A stretch of 64,000 nucleotides of DNA from Malacoraja senta (Eukaryota): NCBI GenBank assembly GCA_038087875.1, contig JAXLNO010002386.1, positions 372,001 through 436,000 of the forward strand, given 5' to 3'. Position numbers and translations under genes: made by a program. The number at the start of each line of letters is the position of its first letter. Position 1 is the stretch's first letter. The notes under the pieces were generated by a model. That model saw only the letters and a list, made by a program, of their open reading frames with translations. It was not told the origin of the DNA and did no database searches. This document shows, piece by piece, positions 9,891 through 21,469 of the stretch.

Positions 9891-12062
9891 CTTCTTTAAA
9901 ATAGCTACGAAGAAGATTTATTTTCCAGGAGGTGTATGATTTGCCTGAACATTCTATTCCAGCTGTGAAGATAAGGTGAATTAATATTTTCCAGGTTGAG
10001 ATATAGAGAGTTTTAGATCAGAAATGAATCAAAGATTGCAGAAATAATGCAGTAAACTGATCGAAATCAGATTGGACATTATGTTATTGAATGATGCAGT
10101 CTGTTCAAGGGGGCTTACAGCTGATTATTAATCTTATTTTATATAAAACATAAAAATGTTCATCTCAGGAAGAGGCCCTTTGGCCCACAATGTCTGTGGT
10201 GAACATGATGAGATGCTAAACTGATCCCATCCAACTGCAACATGATCCATATCCCTCTATTTCCTGCAGATCAGTTTGTCAATCTAAAAGCCTCTCAAAC
10301 ATCATATACATATCTTGCCAAAGATAGACACAAAAAGCTGGAGAAACTCACCGGATCAGACAGCATCTCTGGATACAAGACATAGGTGACATTTCGGGAT
10401 GAGACCCTTGTTCAGACTCCAGAAATGCTGTTTGACCCGCTGTGTTACTCCAGCTTTTTGAGCCTATCTTCGGTTTAAACCTGCATCTGCAGTTCGTTCC
10501 TAGTTATTTTGCCACTTCTCTTTGTCACATACTGTAACCTGCATTCCTTGTTCACATACCTGATGGTGTAGTGGAGAAGTAATTGCCTTTGCATTTAATG
10601 CTTCACTCAGTGCTTCAAGTATTTGATGGGCCAGTCAACAAGGATCTTTGTTTTCAATACGAACCACGCTCTACACCACAGCTTACATAATATTGCTTAG
10701 TTTAGTTGAGTTATAGAGCATGGATGCAGAGCCTTCAGCTCATCGAGTTGATACCAACCATCCTGCACACCAGTTCTATGTTATCCCTCTTTCACATCCG
10801 CTTTCCATACACTAGAGCAATTTTACAAAGGCCAACTCACCTACAAACCTGTACATCATTGAGATGTGCGAGGAAACCGGAGCACCGGGAGAAATCCCAC
10901 GTGGTCACAGGGAGAACATGCAAACTCCACACAGACAACATCCCAGTACCATGTCCAGTGAATATTTATGGAACATGGTAACGTATGGGGGCTGTGTTTT
11001 GTTGACCTGACAGAGCACTGGGAACAATACTCATTATCAAAGCTGTGGTGTAATAGCTGTGGAAGTGTTTTATGTGCAACAGACCGAGAATGTCATTGTA
11101 TATCCACCAGTGTCATTTCTGAATTATGAGCATTTAATAAAATACTTTTGAATGAGTTTTACCAAGACGTTAGCATGCTACACTGAGCTATATACTTGTT
11201 TTGTCATTGTTAATACTACAGACAGCTATTTACTCAATCATAAGTTCATAAGATCATAAGTGATAGGAACAGAATTAGGCCATTCGTCCCATCTACTTAG
11301 CTGTAAGTAGACACACTCTCTACAATACCTTTCTCACACGACCGAACTTTGAAGATCAGTTCTCACATGGTATGTTTGAGAGCTATTTCCATTTACTGGG
11401 AGACATCACAGCCTAGCCTGAACTAGACTGCATGCTACTCTATAGTTAATGGCGAGATCAAGGCTTTTTGTCTGTCAGTCTGATATTGATTACAGTTGAA
11501 TTCAGGAAACCCAATACCAAGCACAGCCTTTCACGAGGAAAAGCAAACAAATTGTGGCATTTACTTCAAGAAATACTCACTCTCCCTATTGGACAATGTT
11601 AATGAATTCTGTTTCAAACAATGAGTTCAAACCATGCTAAACAAGTCCAAAACATTCTTAATGTAAACAAAGGAACTGCAGATGCTGGTTTAAGCCGAAG
11701 ATAGACACAAAATGTTATAGTAACTCACAGGCACAGGCAGCATCTCTGGATAGAAGGAATGGGTGATGTTTTCGGTTGAGATCCATTGGGGGGAAAAATC
11801 CTCCTGGCCTATGTGTAAATCGCATGTCAATGAGAATGGAGATGTTGACTGTGAAATGGGAGTCAGTGGGATTTGGATGGAAATGTGAACTTATAAAATT
11901 TAAAAGTAGTCTATTGGATCTGAACACATCTTGGTCTGAAGTAGGGTCTCGACCCACAAAGTCACCCATTCCTTCTCTCTAGAGATGCTGCCTGTGAGTT
12001 ACTCCAGCATTTTGTGTCTGTCTTCCATGTAAACTGGCATCTGCAGTTCCTTCCAGTACATT

Positions 12063-12265
12063 TGTAGATGAGATATGCATGTGCCTTTAACATAGTGACC
12101 TCACACCCACTAACCACTCCCCATATCACAAGTATAACTACCACCTCCACACTCACAGATCGCTCTCTAGTTCCTGTGACAGACCACGTACAGCTAGTGC
12201 AATGTATAATGTCCAGTATGAATAAAGATAGTAAAGTAACGATGCCTCGTTATCAATCCTTTACA
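12063..12265 (+). repeat. Gypsy 5' LTR
   Basis: Identical to the 3' LTR except T12153 versus C16691; contains AATAAA. Confidence 0.97.
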
Positions 12266-12273
12266 TGGTGTCA
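12266..12273 (+). promoter_or_regulatory. Primer-binding site (partial match to a tRNA-Leu(CAA)-type 3' end)
   Basis: TGGTGTCA lies immediately after the 5' LTR. Only 8 nt match the TGGTGTCAGAAG type, so the primer tRNA is tentative. Confidence 0.6.
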
Positions 12274-12358
12274 AATAACTTACCTTGCGCCTCCCGTTTA
12301 TCGGTTTATCATTTAATTTTGACCCAGTTTTTTGTTTCCCCCCCTAACTGTTTTTGTT

Positions 12359-15300
12359 ATGGCCTCTTCTGCCCGTAAGCCCGATGCGCTCGTTTTCGAT
12401 TTCGACATCGCCCTACGATGGGACATATTCAAACGCGACTTTGAACACTATTTCACGATTGCCCATCCTGGCGCCACCGACGCTCTAAAAGCTTCGCTGC
12501 TTCTCAACTTGGCTGGTCCCAACGCCTTGACTCGCTCGGACTTCTTCGTCTACGCTCCTGGAGAATCAGCTCGGGACCCGGCATGTCTGTTGGCTAAGTT
12601 TGACGCTATTTGTGACATTCCTACTAATTGTATTTTAGAACGTTTTAAACTGTTCGCGCGGCGTCAGCTCCCTGGGGAATCTGCTGAGAACTATGTCATT
12701 GCGCTGCGGGACCTGGGCAGGCGCTGCCGCCTCGAGACGTGGACCCCCGATAATGTCATCAGGGACCTACTGGTTTACGGTCTCCGTGATGAGAAGCTCA
12801 GGTCAGAACTACTTCGCAAGCCGGATCTGACCTTGGCCGATGCAATGCACGCGACTCGCTTAGCCGACGCTGTTTCCGCGGCGGCGCCACCGGCTGAACA
12901 GGCGATCAACTTTGCCAGCACTCCTAGCTATCTCATGAACGCACCCCAGTCGCGACCCCCGGTGTCGCTCGCTGCTCGAGGGGGACGCGCCCCGGGGTTC
13001 GGTGGTGCCACAAGGGGAGACACCCAGCAAAGGTGCCCTAATTGCAACTTCACGACTCATCAGTTCAATGTGTGCCCTGCGCTGGGAAAAAACTGCAACT
13101 CCTGTAATAAGTTGAACCATTTTGCTTCAGCTTGTCGTTCCCGTGGGAAGCCTGTCGTTGCTCGAAGGCAAAATTTAAACAACCTTCTACAGTCGGATAA
13201 TGATCTCAGCTCCCAGCACTATTCCGATGAACATTCTGTTCCTACATCTAACTCCTCTCAGGGGGAAACCAGCTTGTTTACCGTGGTGAACGCACCTGCT
13301 ATGATAACGGATCCTTCTGTGCAAGTCACTGTGAACAACTCGACCTTCACGGCCAAAATCGACACTGGGGCGGTTACCAATGTTATGTCAACATCTCTTT
13401 TCAACCAGTTAAGGACTAATGAGAAGATATTTTCTCAGAGCTCAAACCTGCATGCCTACGGTGGGGAGATCCTTACTCCTGTGGGCAAGGCCACACTACA
13501 CTGTAAGATACTGAAGGCCACTCGGCCCCTCACCTTCTTTCTCCTCAATCGAAGTTGCGTTCCCCTGCTGGGGATCCAGGCATGCCAGGAAATGGGACTG
13601 GTGTCCTTCCACCGGGACATCCGCCACGTGCAGGCTCTTATGGACCCGCTGGCCGAGTATCCTGACCGCTTTGATGATAAGCTAGGCAAACTACCCTGCA
13701 GCTACAAGATCGAAGTGGACCATAAGATCGTTCCTGTGGTCCATGCTCCTCACCGTATTTCCTTCGCCATGAGGGATAAAGTGGAGGCGACCCTACACAG
13801 TATGGTACAAATGGGCGTCCTAAAGGCGGTCGCCGAGCCCACCAGCTGGGTCTCTTCCATGGTTGTTGCTGCTAAAAAGGACATGAGTGAGATACGCATC
13901 TGCATCAACCCCAGAGACCTCAACCTGGCCATTCGGCGCCCTCACTACCCTATGAGAACGGTGGAAGACGTCGCTGCACGGGTTGGTCCAGCAACGGTCT
14001 TTTCGGTCCTCGATGCCAAGAGTTCATTCTGGCAGATACCACTGGACGAGCGGTCGTCCATTTTGACAACCCTCGCCACCCCCTACGGAAGGTTTCGGCT
14101 CCTCCGAATGCCCTTCGGAATCAACTCTGCCAGTGAGGTATTCCAGCGAACCATGGAACAGTTGTTTTCAGATCTGCCTTGCGCCATAATTGTTGACGAC
14201 ATCCTCGTTTACGGTAAGGATGTTGCCGAACACGATGTCAACCTCCGCCTGATCCTGGACCGGGCCAGGCAAATCAACTTGAAACTGAACCCCAAGAAGT
14301 GCCGATTCCGCGTCTCGGAGGTCACCTATGTTGGACACGTATTCACCGCTGAGGGGCTGAAGCCAGACCCGCAGAAAACGACTGCCATCTCAGGGATGCC
14401 TCCTCCTACTAACGTGGCAGGCCTGCAACGCTTTCTCGGCTTGGTAAACTACCTGGGGAAGTTCATCCCCGACCTAAGCGAGCTCAGCGCTCCCCTGAGG
14501 GATCTGATCAAAAAGGACACTTCCTGGCTTTGGTTACCCAATCATCAGAAGGCATTTGACATTCTTAAGTCTAAACTGATCAGCACACCCACGCTCAAGT
14601 TCTTTGACCTGCGGCATCCCATTGTCCTCACCTGCGACGCCTCTCAATTCGGACTCGGTGCCGCCTGCCTCCAGGTCCATGACGGCCTGCAGATGCCTGT
14701 CTCATTCGCGTCCCGCACCATGACCGCCACCGAACAGCACTACGCGCAGATTGAGAAGGAGCTGCTGGCCGTGCTGTTTGCCTGCTCCAAATTCCGGGAC
14801 TACATCGTGGGCAACACTTTCACCGTTGAAACTGACCATCAACCACTTGTTACCATCCTCAACAAACCGATCCATGTGGCCTCATCACGTCTGCAGCGCA
14901 TGCTGCTGCAGCTCCAGCGTTTCACGTTCACGGTGGTTTATCGTAAGGGGAAGGACATGTTCGTAGCCGACACGTTGTCTCGCGCCCCGCTGACGTCCAC
15001 TGCTCGCCACCAATACGAAACGTCCGAGTTACTAGTCCTACGATTGAACTTCGTCCCCTCGCCACAGATGAAGTCCCTGGTTGAACACACTACCAACGAT
15101 CCTGCCCTGCAACAGCTGTCTGCCGTCATCCGGCAGGGCTGGCCTGACCGTCGCTCGGCACTGCCGGCTGGAGCCGTGCCCTACTTCCTGATTCGGGACG
15201 AGCTCGTATTGCACGACGGCGTGGTGGTGAAGGGTCACAAAGTGATCGTGCCCGCGGCGCTGCACGATCACTATTTTCAGGTCGCACACCGCGGTCACAC

Positions 15301-16531
15301 TGGGGCCGAAGCCACTTTGTCTCTCGCCAAGGCACAGTTCTATTGGCCGGATATGGCAAAGTACATCCGGGAGAGGGTCTCATCGTGTTCCACCTGCAAC
15401 AGCCGCGCCCCCCATCAGCAGCGTCAGCCGCTTCTACAGCAGCCCGCGCCCGGACTGCCCTGGATGGCGCTCGCCACAGATATTTTCGAGTGGCGGGGCA
15501 AACATTTCCTGGTACTCGTTGACTTCTACTCCAGCTGGTTTGCGGTTGACCGGCTGCCTTCCGTGACCTCTTCGGCCGATATCGACAGGTTGGACCCTCA
15601 CTTTAGCACTTTTGGCCCCCCAGCAAGCTTGCAGTCTGACAATGGCAGCCAGTTCACGAGCTCCGAGTTTAAAGCGTTCGCTTCCAGATGGAACTTTCGC
15701 CATTTCACCAGCAACCTGGAGTACCCGCAAAGCAACGGTTTGGCCGAGCGCGCGGTCCGCAGTGCTAAGCACCTGTTGGAACAGTGTGGTGGCATTAACT
15801 CCGACTTCCACCTGGCCCTCCTCAGCCTTCGGAACATCTCTCGCGACCCTGCCATGGGTTCACCTGCTCAGCGGCTCCTGTCTCGCGCTACCAGGCTCCC
15901 ACTCCCGGTGGCCCAGCGATCCCTCATACCCTCGGTCCTTCCACCTGCGGCGGTTCAGAAACGAATTGCCTTCAGGCAAGACGTCCAAAAGCGGTCCCAT
16001 GACAGGTCCTGCCACCCGCTGCCGCCCCTCTTCCCCGGTCAAGTAGTCCGTATGCAAACCACTCCCGGTCACTCCAAGCTCGCCACTGTCGTCGGCTCTG
16101 CGGGGTCGCCCAGGTCCTATTTCGTCGACTACGCTGGGACCATTTACCGACGGTCTCGCCAGCACCTTCGGCTCGTCCACGAGCCGCGTCCTCCTGCCGC
16201 CGATCCCTTTGCTCCCCTGCTGCCTGTTTCCCGTCCGGCCGTTGCCCTGCCCGTGATCCCATGCATGCCTCGCTCTGCTCCTCCTTCGCACCCTCCGCTC
16301 CAACACACTCCGACTAGTCCTCGCACGCCCCCCCGCGCTCTTCCCGGTCCCGGCCCCGCATCCCCTCCGGTTTCGGTGCCGCGATCTCTTCCGTTTCCTC
16401 CCGTTTCTCCCTTTCAGGTTCGTCTGTCCCCGCTGGTGCCTCTTCCTCCTCCAGGAAGGGTGGATGGCGAGACGCGAACCCGGGCGGGACGTCTGGTCAA
16501 ACCGCATGACCGCTATGGCGATGTTGCCTAG
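12359..16531 (+). CDS. Gypsy Gag-Pol polyprotein, 1390 aa from the first ATG
   Basis: Two CX2CX4HX4C knuckles, protease KIDTGA, RT LRMPFG/IVDD, RNase H TCDASQ...EKELLA...TDHQPL, integrase HHCC plus TDIF...DNGSQF...NGLAER, a Pro-rich tail and a TRAGR motif. There are no internal stops. The ORF track starts at TTG 12332; the first ATG is 12359. Confidence 0.95.
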   Translation: MASSARKPDALVFDFDIALRWDIFKRDFEHYFTIAHPGATDALKASLLLNLAGPNALTRSDFFVYAPGESARDPACLLAKFDAICDIPTNCILERFKLFARRQLPGESAENYVIALRDLGRRCRLETWTPDNVIRDLLVYGLRDEKLRSELLRKPDLTLADAMHATRLADAVSAAAPPAEQAINFASTPSYLMNAPQSRPPVSLAARGGRAPGFGGATRGDTQQRCPNCNFTTHQFNVCPALGKNCNSCNKLNHFASACRSRGKPVVARRQNLNNLLQSDNDLSSQHYSDEHSVPTSNSSQGETSLFTVVNAPAMITDPSVQVTVNNSTFTAKIDTGAVTNVMSTSLFNQLRTNEKIFSQSSNLHAYGGEILTPVGKATLHCKILKATRPLTFFLLNRSCVPLLGIQACQEMGLVSFHRDIRHVQALMDPLAEYPDRFDDKLGKLPCSYKIEVDHKIVPVVHAPHRISFAMRDKVEATLHSMVQMGVLKAVAEPTSWVSSMVVAAKKDMSEIRICINPRDLNLAIRRPHYPMRTVEDVAARVGPATVFSVLDAKSSFWQIPLDERSSILTTLATPYGRFRLLRMPFGINSASEVFQRTMEQLFSDLPCAIIVDDILVYGKDVAEHDVNLRLILDRARQINLKLNPKKCRFRVSEVTYVGHVFTAEGLKPDPQKTTAISGMPPPTNVAGLQRFLGLVNYLGKFIPDLSELSAPLRDLIKKDTSWLWLPNHQKAFDILKSKLISTPTLKFFDLRHPIVLTCDASQFGLGAACLQVHDGLQMPVSFASRTMTATEQHYAQIEKELLAVLFACSKFRDYIVGNTFTVETDHQPLVTILNKPIHVASSRLQRMLLQLQRFTFTVVYRKGKDMFVADTLSRAPLTSTARHQYETSELLVLRLNFVPSPQMKSLVEHTTNDPALQQLSAVIRQGWPDRRSALPAGAVPYFLIRDELVLHDGVVVKGHKVIVPAALHDHYFQVAHRGHTGAEATLSLAKAQFYWPDMAKYIRERVSSCSTCNSRAPHQQRQPLLQQPAPGLPWMALATDIFEWRGKHFLVLVDFYSSWFAVDRLPSVTSSADIDRLDPHFSTFGPPASLQSDNGSQFTSSEFKAFASRWNFRHFTSNLEYPQSNGLAERAVRSAKHLLEQCGGINSDFHLALLSLRNISRDPAMGSPAQRLLSRATRLPLPVAQRSLIPSVLPPAAVQKRIAFRQDVQKRSHDRSCHPLPPLFPGQVVRMQTTPGHSKLATVVGSAGSPRSYFVDYAGTIYRRSRQHLRLVHEPRPPAADPFAPLLPVSRPAVALPVIPCMPRSAPPSHPPLQHTPTSPRTPPRALPGPGPASPPVSVPRSLPFPPVSPFQVRLSPLVPLPPPGRVDGETRTRAGRLVKPHDRYGDVA

Positions 16532-16600
16532 CTATCCTAGCGCATGAGCCGTGGTCGCCATGTCACCTTTGTATTTGCCTGTCGTTTCGGGGAGGAAGGA

Positions 16601-16803
16601 TGTAGATGAGATATGCATGTGCCTTTAACATAGTGACCTCACACCCACTAACCACTCCCCATATCACAAGTATAACTACCACCTCCACACCCACAGATCG
16701 CTCTCTAGTTCCTGTGACAGACCACGTACAGCTAGTGCAATGTATAATGTCCAGTATGAATAAAGATAGTAAAGTAACGATGCCTCGTTATCAATCCTTT
16801 ACA
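16601..16803 (+). repeat. Gypsy 3' LTR
   Basis: Preceded by the PPT; identical to the 5' LTR at 202/203 bp. Confidence 0.97.
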
Positions 16804-16820
16804 GTATGTGAATCAGTATT

Positions 16821-17046
16821 GTGTGAATGGATAATATTTTGAATGGGGATGTTCTTCAGAATGGTGCTGGTGGATACATTTTTGAATGGGGTATGTGATT
16901 CACCATCGTGCTGGTGGATACATTTTTGAATGGGGTATGTGATTCACCATGGTGCTGGTGGATACATTTTTGAATGGGGTATGTGATTCAGAATGGTGTG
17001 AATGGAGGAATTTTTGAACGGGGCATATGATTCAAAATGGTGTGAA
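16821..17046. repeat. 44-bp minisatellite, about 5 units
   Basis: atggtgctggtggatacatttttgaatggggtatgtgattcacc units at 16861, 16905 and 16949, with more diverged units at 16993 and 16821. Confidence 0.9.
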
Positions 17047-17584
17047 CAGATCAAGCTTATCAATGACAGCTACATTTATGCAATTAATCTATATTTATCA
17101 TATCTAATTTTATAACATAAATATGAACTTCAAATTGAATTAATTACGTTCCACCCTGTTACTTGATCTTTTAGATAGTTGAGAAGGTATTGAAAGAGTG
17201 CCTTGTTCACTCAAGAACCCAGGCAATAGTGGACAGTTTATCAGCAAACACTTGGCCCAGTGCCCGAGGTACTCCAGTCACTAAGTGATGGAAATGTATT
17301 TGTCATTCCATAAATCTCACATTGTGTAAGAGGTTGGGGCTGGAGTCTCAGCCCAACAGATGTCAGAAGAGGTACAGGAACAGAGGCAGGGTGAATGTGT
17401 GCTTTGTAGACTATCAGATACAGAATATTACAGGTCAGGAACTCACCCTTTGGCCCACAATGTATATGCCAAATGTAATGCCAAGATAAACTGACCTAGT
17501 CGAATGCAAACAGAAATTTTACATTCGATGAACACTTTCACATCATACAACCCATCTCCAATGAAAATTATCTCCTTCCTTCCA

Positions 17585-17905
17585 TGACTTAAACATAGAA
17601 ACATAGAAACATAGAAACATAGAAAATATGTGCAGGAGGAGGCCATTCGGCCCTTCGAACCATTCATTATGATCATGGCTGATCGTCCACAATCAATAAC
17701 CTGTGCCTGCCTTCTCCCCATATCCCTTGACTCCACTAGCCCCTAGAGCTCTATCTAACTCTCTCTTAAATCCATCCAGTGACTTGGCCTCCACTGCCCT
17801 CTGTGGCAGGGAATTCCATAAATTCACAACTCTCTGGGTGAAAAAGATTTTTCTCACCTCAGTCTTAAATGACCTCCCCTTTATTCTAAGACTGTGGACC
17901 CTGGT
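17585..17905 (-). mobile_element. CR1 3' end with (TTTCTATG)n tail
   Basis: (aaacatag)n at about 17591-17625 followed by the CR1 3' UTR and ORF2 end on the minus strand. Confidence 0.85.
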
Positions 17906-17914
17906 TTAGTTATG

Positions 17915-20900
17915 GAGTCATAGAGTGATACAGTTTGGGAACAGGCCCTTCGGTCCAACTTGTCCACACCGGCCAACATGTCCCAGCTACACTAGTCCCA
18001 CCTGCCTGCCTTTGGTCCATATCCCTCCAAACCTGTCATATTAATGTACCTGTCTGTTTCTTTTTTTTTAATATTTTTATTTTATTAGAAGTAAGTACAA
18101 TTGTATACAATCATATTTTCATAATACCTTTTATGTACAGCTTCTTATTTAAAAAAAATTTGAAATAAAGAAGAAAAAGAAAAAAGTTAGATAATGAAAA
18201 ATAGAAAAATGTGAGATATATAGTGTGTGAAAAAGAAAAATAAAGAATGAAAAAAGAAAGTTGAGACATAGAAAATAGAAGAAAGAGAATAAAAGAAGAG
18301 AAGAGAAGAAAAGAAAATAAGGAGATCATTTATAATCTTGACCATCCGCAGTCACGGATTAGCTTTTACACCTGTTTTGCACCATATGTTTCCAAAAAGA
18401 CGACAAATGGAGACCAACTCGTTATGAATTGGTCAAATTTATCTATTAGGAGGAATCGCATTTCCTCAAGATGTGCGGTATCCAACATACTTGCAATCCA
18501 CATTTTGAGCGTTGGTATTGGTGTATTTTTCCAAAATTTCAATATTAATTTTTTTGCTATTATTAAACCATAATTAAAAATTGACTTTTCAGATGAGCTC
18601 AATTTGTTCCCGTCTTCCATTACCCCAAATATAATCAATTCATTATTGGGTTCCATTTTTGTCTTAAATAATTTTGTAAATATTTCGAAAATATCACTCC
18701 AAAATCCATGAATTTTTATACAAGAAACAAAAGAGTGTGTTATAGTTGCGTCTTGGGTTAAACATTTATCGCAAATGGGCGATATATTTGGATAAAATTT
18801 ATTTAATCTTGTTTTTGAGTAATATAATCTATGTAACATTTTAAATTGGATTAGGTTATGTCTTGCGTTAATCGAACACTTGTGAATGTATGTCAAATAC
18901 TTTTCCCATGTAGCCTTCGTAATTTTTATCAATAATTCCCGTTCCCACTCTTCTCTAATTACCTCGGTCACAGGTAAATCTATATTTAAGATACTATTAT
19001 ATAAATATGATATTAATTTTTGTGTATCAGCTTTTATATTCATTACTTCTTCTAGTAAATCAGGAGTTATTTTTTGATATCCCTGTATGTATGTCTTCAA
19101 AAAATTACAAATCTGAAAATATTTAAAATAATGAATGTTTTTCAGTTTAAATTTTAATTGTAATTGTTGAAATGATAATAAATCTCCCATTTCATACATA
19201 TCCCCGATCCTTTTAATTCCTAAACTTTCCCATTGATTATATATTTTATCCATCATAGATGGTTTAAATAAAGGATTATTCGCTATCGGTGTTAACAATG
19301 ATAGGTTTCTTAATTTTAAGGATAATTTTATTTGTTTCCATATTCCTATTGTATCTTGTATAATTGGGTTTTTCTTATATATTGTATTGTTCATTTTTTT
19401 CGGGGAGAAGAGGATTGTTCCTATATTACAAGGATAACAATCCTCTTTCTCCATTTTTATCCATTCTGTCTGTTGAGTTGAACTATCCAACCAGTAAATT
19501 ATATTCTTAATATGTATTGCCCAATAGTAATACAAAAAATTAGGGAGTGAAAGTCCCCCGACATCTTTTGGTTTACATAAGTGTTCTTTTTTAATTCTAT
19601 GTGATTTGTAATCCCAAACAAAATTAGTAATATTAGCGTTCAGTTTAGAAAAAAAATATTTTGGTACATATACTGGTATAGATTGAAATAGGTATAATAA
19701 CTGTGGTAGGAAGCTCATTTTAATAGCATTTATTCTGCCTATTAATGATAAAGGGAGTGTTTTCCAAAATTTTATCATTATATTAAGTTTATTTATTAAG
19801 GGTATAAAATTGGCATTGAATAAAGCTTTATGTTTTCTAGTAATCTGTATACCCAAATATTTGAATTTTTCTGTTGCTATTTTAAAGGGGAATTTCAATA
19901 AGTGTGTGGATTCTTGAGGTTTTAACGTCATAATTTCACTTTTGTTCCAGTTTATTCTATATCCAGAAAAGGACCCAAATTCCTCTATTAAATTTAATAA
20001 ATTTGGTATGCTCGTTTGTGAATTTGTTATATATAACAAAATATCGTCTGCATACAATGAAATTTTATTATTTGAGTCCCTAGTATTATAACCCTGAATA
20101 TTCGGATGGCTTCTTATACTTTCAGCCAGAGGTTCTATCATAAGGGCAAATAGCAGGGGTGATAAAGCACATCCCTGCCTATTACCCCTTGATAATTGAA
20201 TTTTTTGAGATAACATGCTGTTAGTTAAGTCTAACTGTTTCTTAAACGAGGGGATAGTCCCAGCCTCAATTACCTCCTCTGGGAGCTTGTTCCATACACC
20301 CACCACACTTTGTGTGAAAAAGTCGCACTTCGGATTCCTATTAAATCTTTTCCCATTGACCTTGAAACTGTGTCATCTGGTCCTCGATTCCCCTACTCTG
20401 GGCAAAAGACTCTGTGCATCTACCCGAACTATTCCTCTCATGGTTTTGTATACCTCTTACAAGATCACCCCTCATCCTCCTGCGCTCCAAGGAATAGAGA
20501 CCCAGTCTACTCAACCTCTCCCTATAACTCACACCCTCTAGTCCTGGCAACATCCTTGTAAATATTTTCTGACCAGTTTCAAGCTTGACAATATATTTCC
20601 TATAACATGGTGCCCAGAACTGAACACAAAATTCTAAATGCGGTCTCACCAACGTCTTATACGACTGCAACATGACCTCCCAACTTCTGTACTCATTATT
20701 CTGACTGATGAAGGACAATGTGCCAAAAGCCTTTTTGACCACCTTATCTACCTGTGACTCGACCTTTAAGGAACCTTGCACTTGTACTCCTAGATCCCTC
20801 TCCTCGCAACACTCCGCAGAGACCGACCATTTACTGTGTTAGACATCCCAAAAAGCAACACCTCACACTTCTCTGTACTAAATTCCATCAACCATTCCTC

Positions 20901-21290
20901 GGCCCACTGGCCAATCGATCCAGATCCTGCTGCAATCGTTCACAGCCATTGTCTACCTGCAACCGTTCACAACCATCTTCACTATCTGCAAAACCACTCA
21001 CTTGTGTATCATCAGCAAACTCGCTAATCTTGGATAATTATATCATCCAAATCAATTATGTAGATGACAAACAGTAACGGGCCCAGCACCGAACCCTGAG
21101 TCACACCACTAGTCACATGCCTCCAATCAGTGAAGCAACCTTCCACCATCATCCTCTGCTTCCTTCCATGGAGCCATTTGCTATCCATTCCGGTATCTCT
21201 CCTTGGATCTCATGTGATCAAATCTTCCAGAGCAGCCTACCATGCGGAGGCTTTTCGAATACCTTTCTGAAATCCATGTACACAACATCT
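17915..21290 (-). mobile_element. CR1 LINE fragment split by L1 copy B (host parts about 17915-18060 and 20229-21290)
   Basis: ORF 20341-20781(-) has LVRPHLEFCVQFWAP...RERLSRLGLYSLERRRMRGD. The 3' UTR continues across the L1 and matches the uninterrupted CR1 end at 22430-22730. Confidence 0.9.
18061..20228 (-). mobile_element. 5'-truncated L1-clade LINE, copy B (RT domain to poly-A)
   Basis: Open ORF2 segment with RQGCALSPLLF, LYADD and the C-terminal knuckle; poly-A appears as T at 18061-18069. Imperfect TSD: gtctaactgtttctt (20229-20243) versus gtct----gtttctt (18052-18062). The nick site is TT|AAGA on the minus strand. Confidence 0.95.
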
Positions 21291-21469
21291 ACAGCTCTGT
21301 AGAGCTTCCACAGCTTGAGTTATGCAAAGTCATGGAGAACACATCTCCGGTCAATCAGCTAATTTCCATTGTGTTCAGTGTGTTGGACTGAGGGAAAAAA
21401 ATGGGATTAAAGGATGAGATTCGTTCTCCAGGTGCTGTGATACATTGTAAATGGATCGATTGTAATGTG

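Larger units (their letters stand above)
12063..16803 (+). mobile_element. Full-length Ty3/Gypsy LTR retrotransposon
   Basis: 203-bp TG...CA LTRs at 12063-12265 and 16601-16803, PBS-like TGGTGTCA at 12266, PPT ggggaggaagga at 16589-16600, and a single gag-pol ORF in PR-RT-RH-IN order. Confidence 0.97.

Noticed and set aside
15860-16507. 215-aa antisense ORF and other antisense ORFs inside the Gypsy element
   Set aside because: Low-complexity Arg/Gly-rich mirror of the Pro-rich integrase tail; expected in GC-rich coding DNA.
16821-17046. Regular 44-bp repeats as a possible CRISPR array
   Set aside because: Units are contiguous with no unique spacers, there are no cas genes, and the context is eukaryotic.
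17175-17288. Acceptor plus 37 open codons (IVEKVLKECLVHSR...)
   Set aside because: No recognisable homology or matching upstream phase; such a length occurs by chance.
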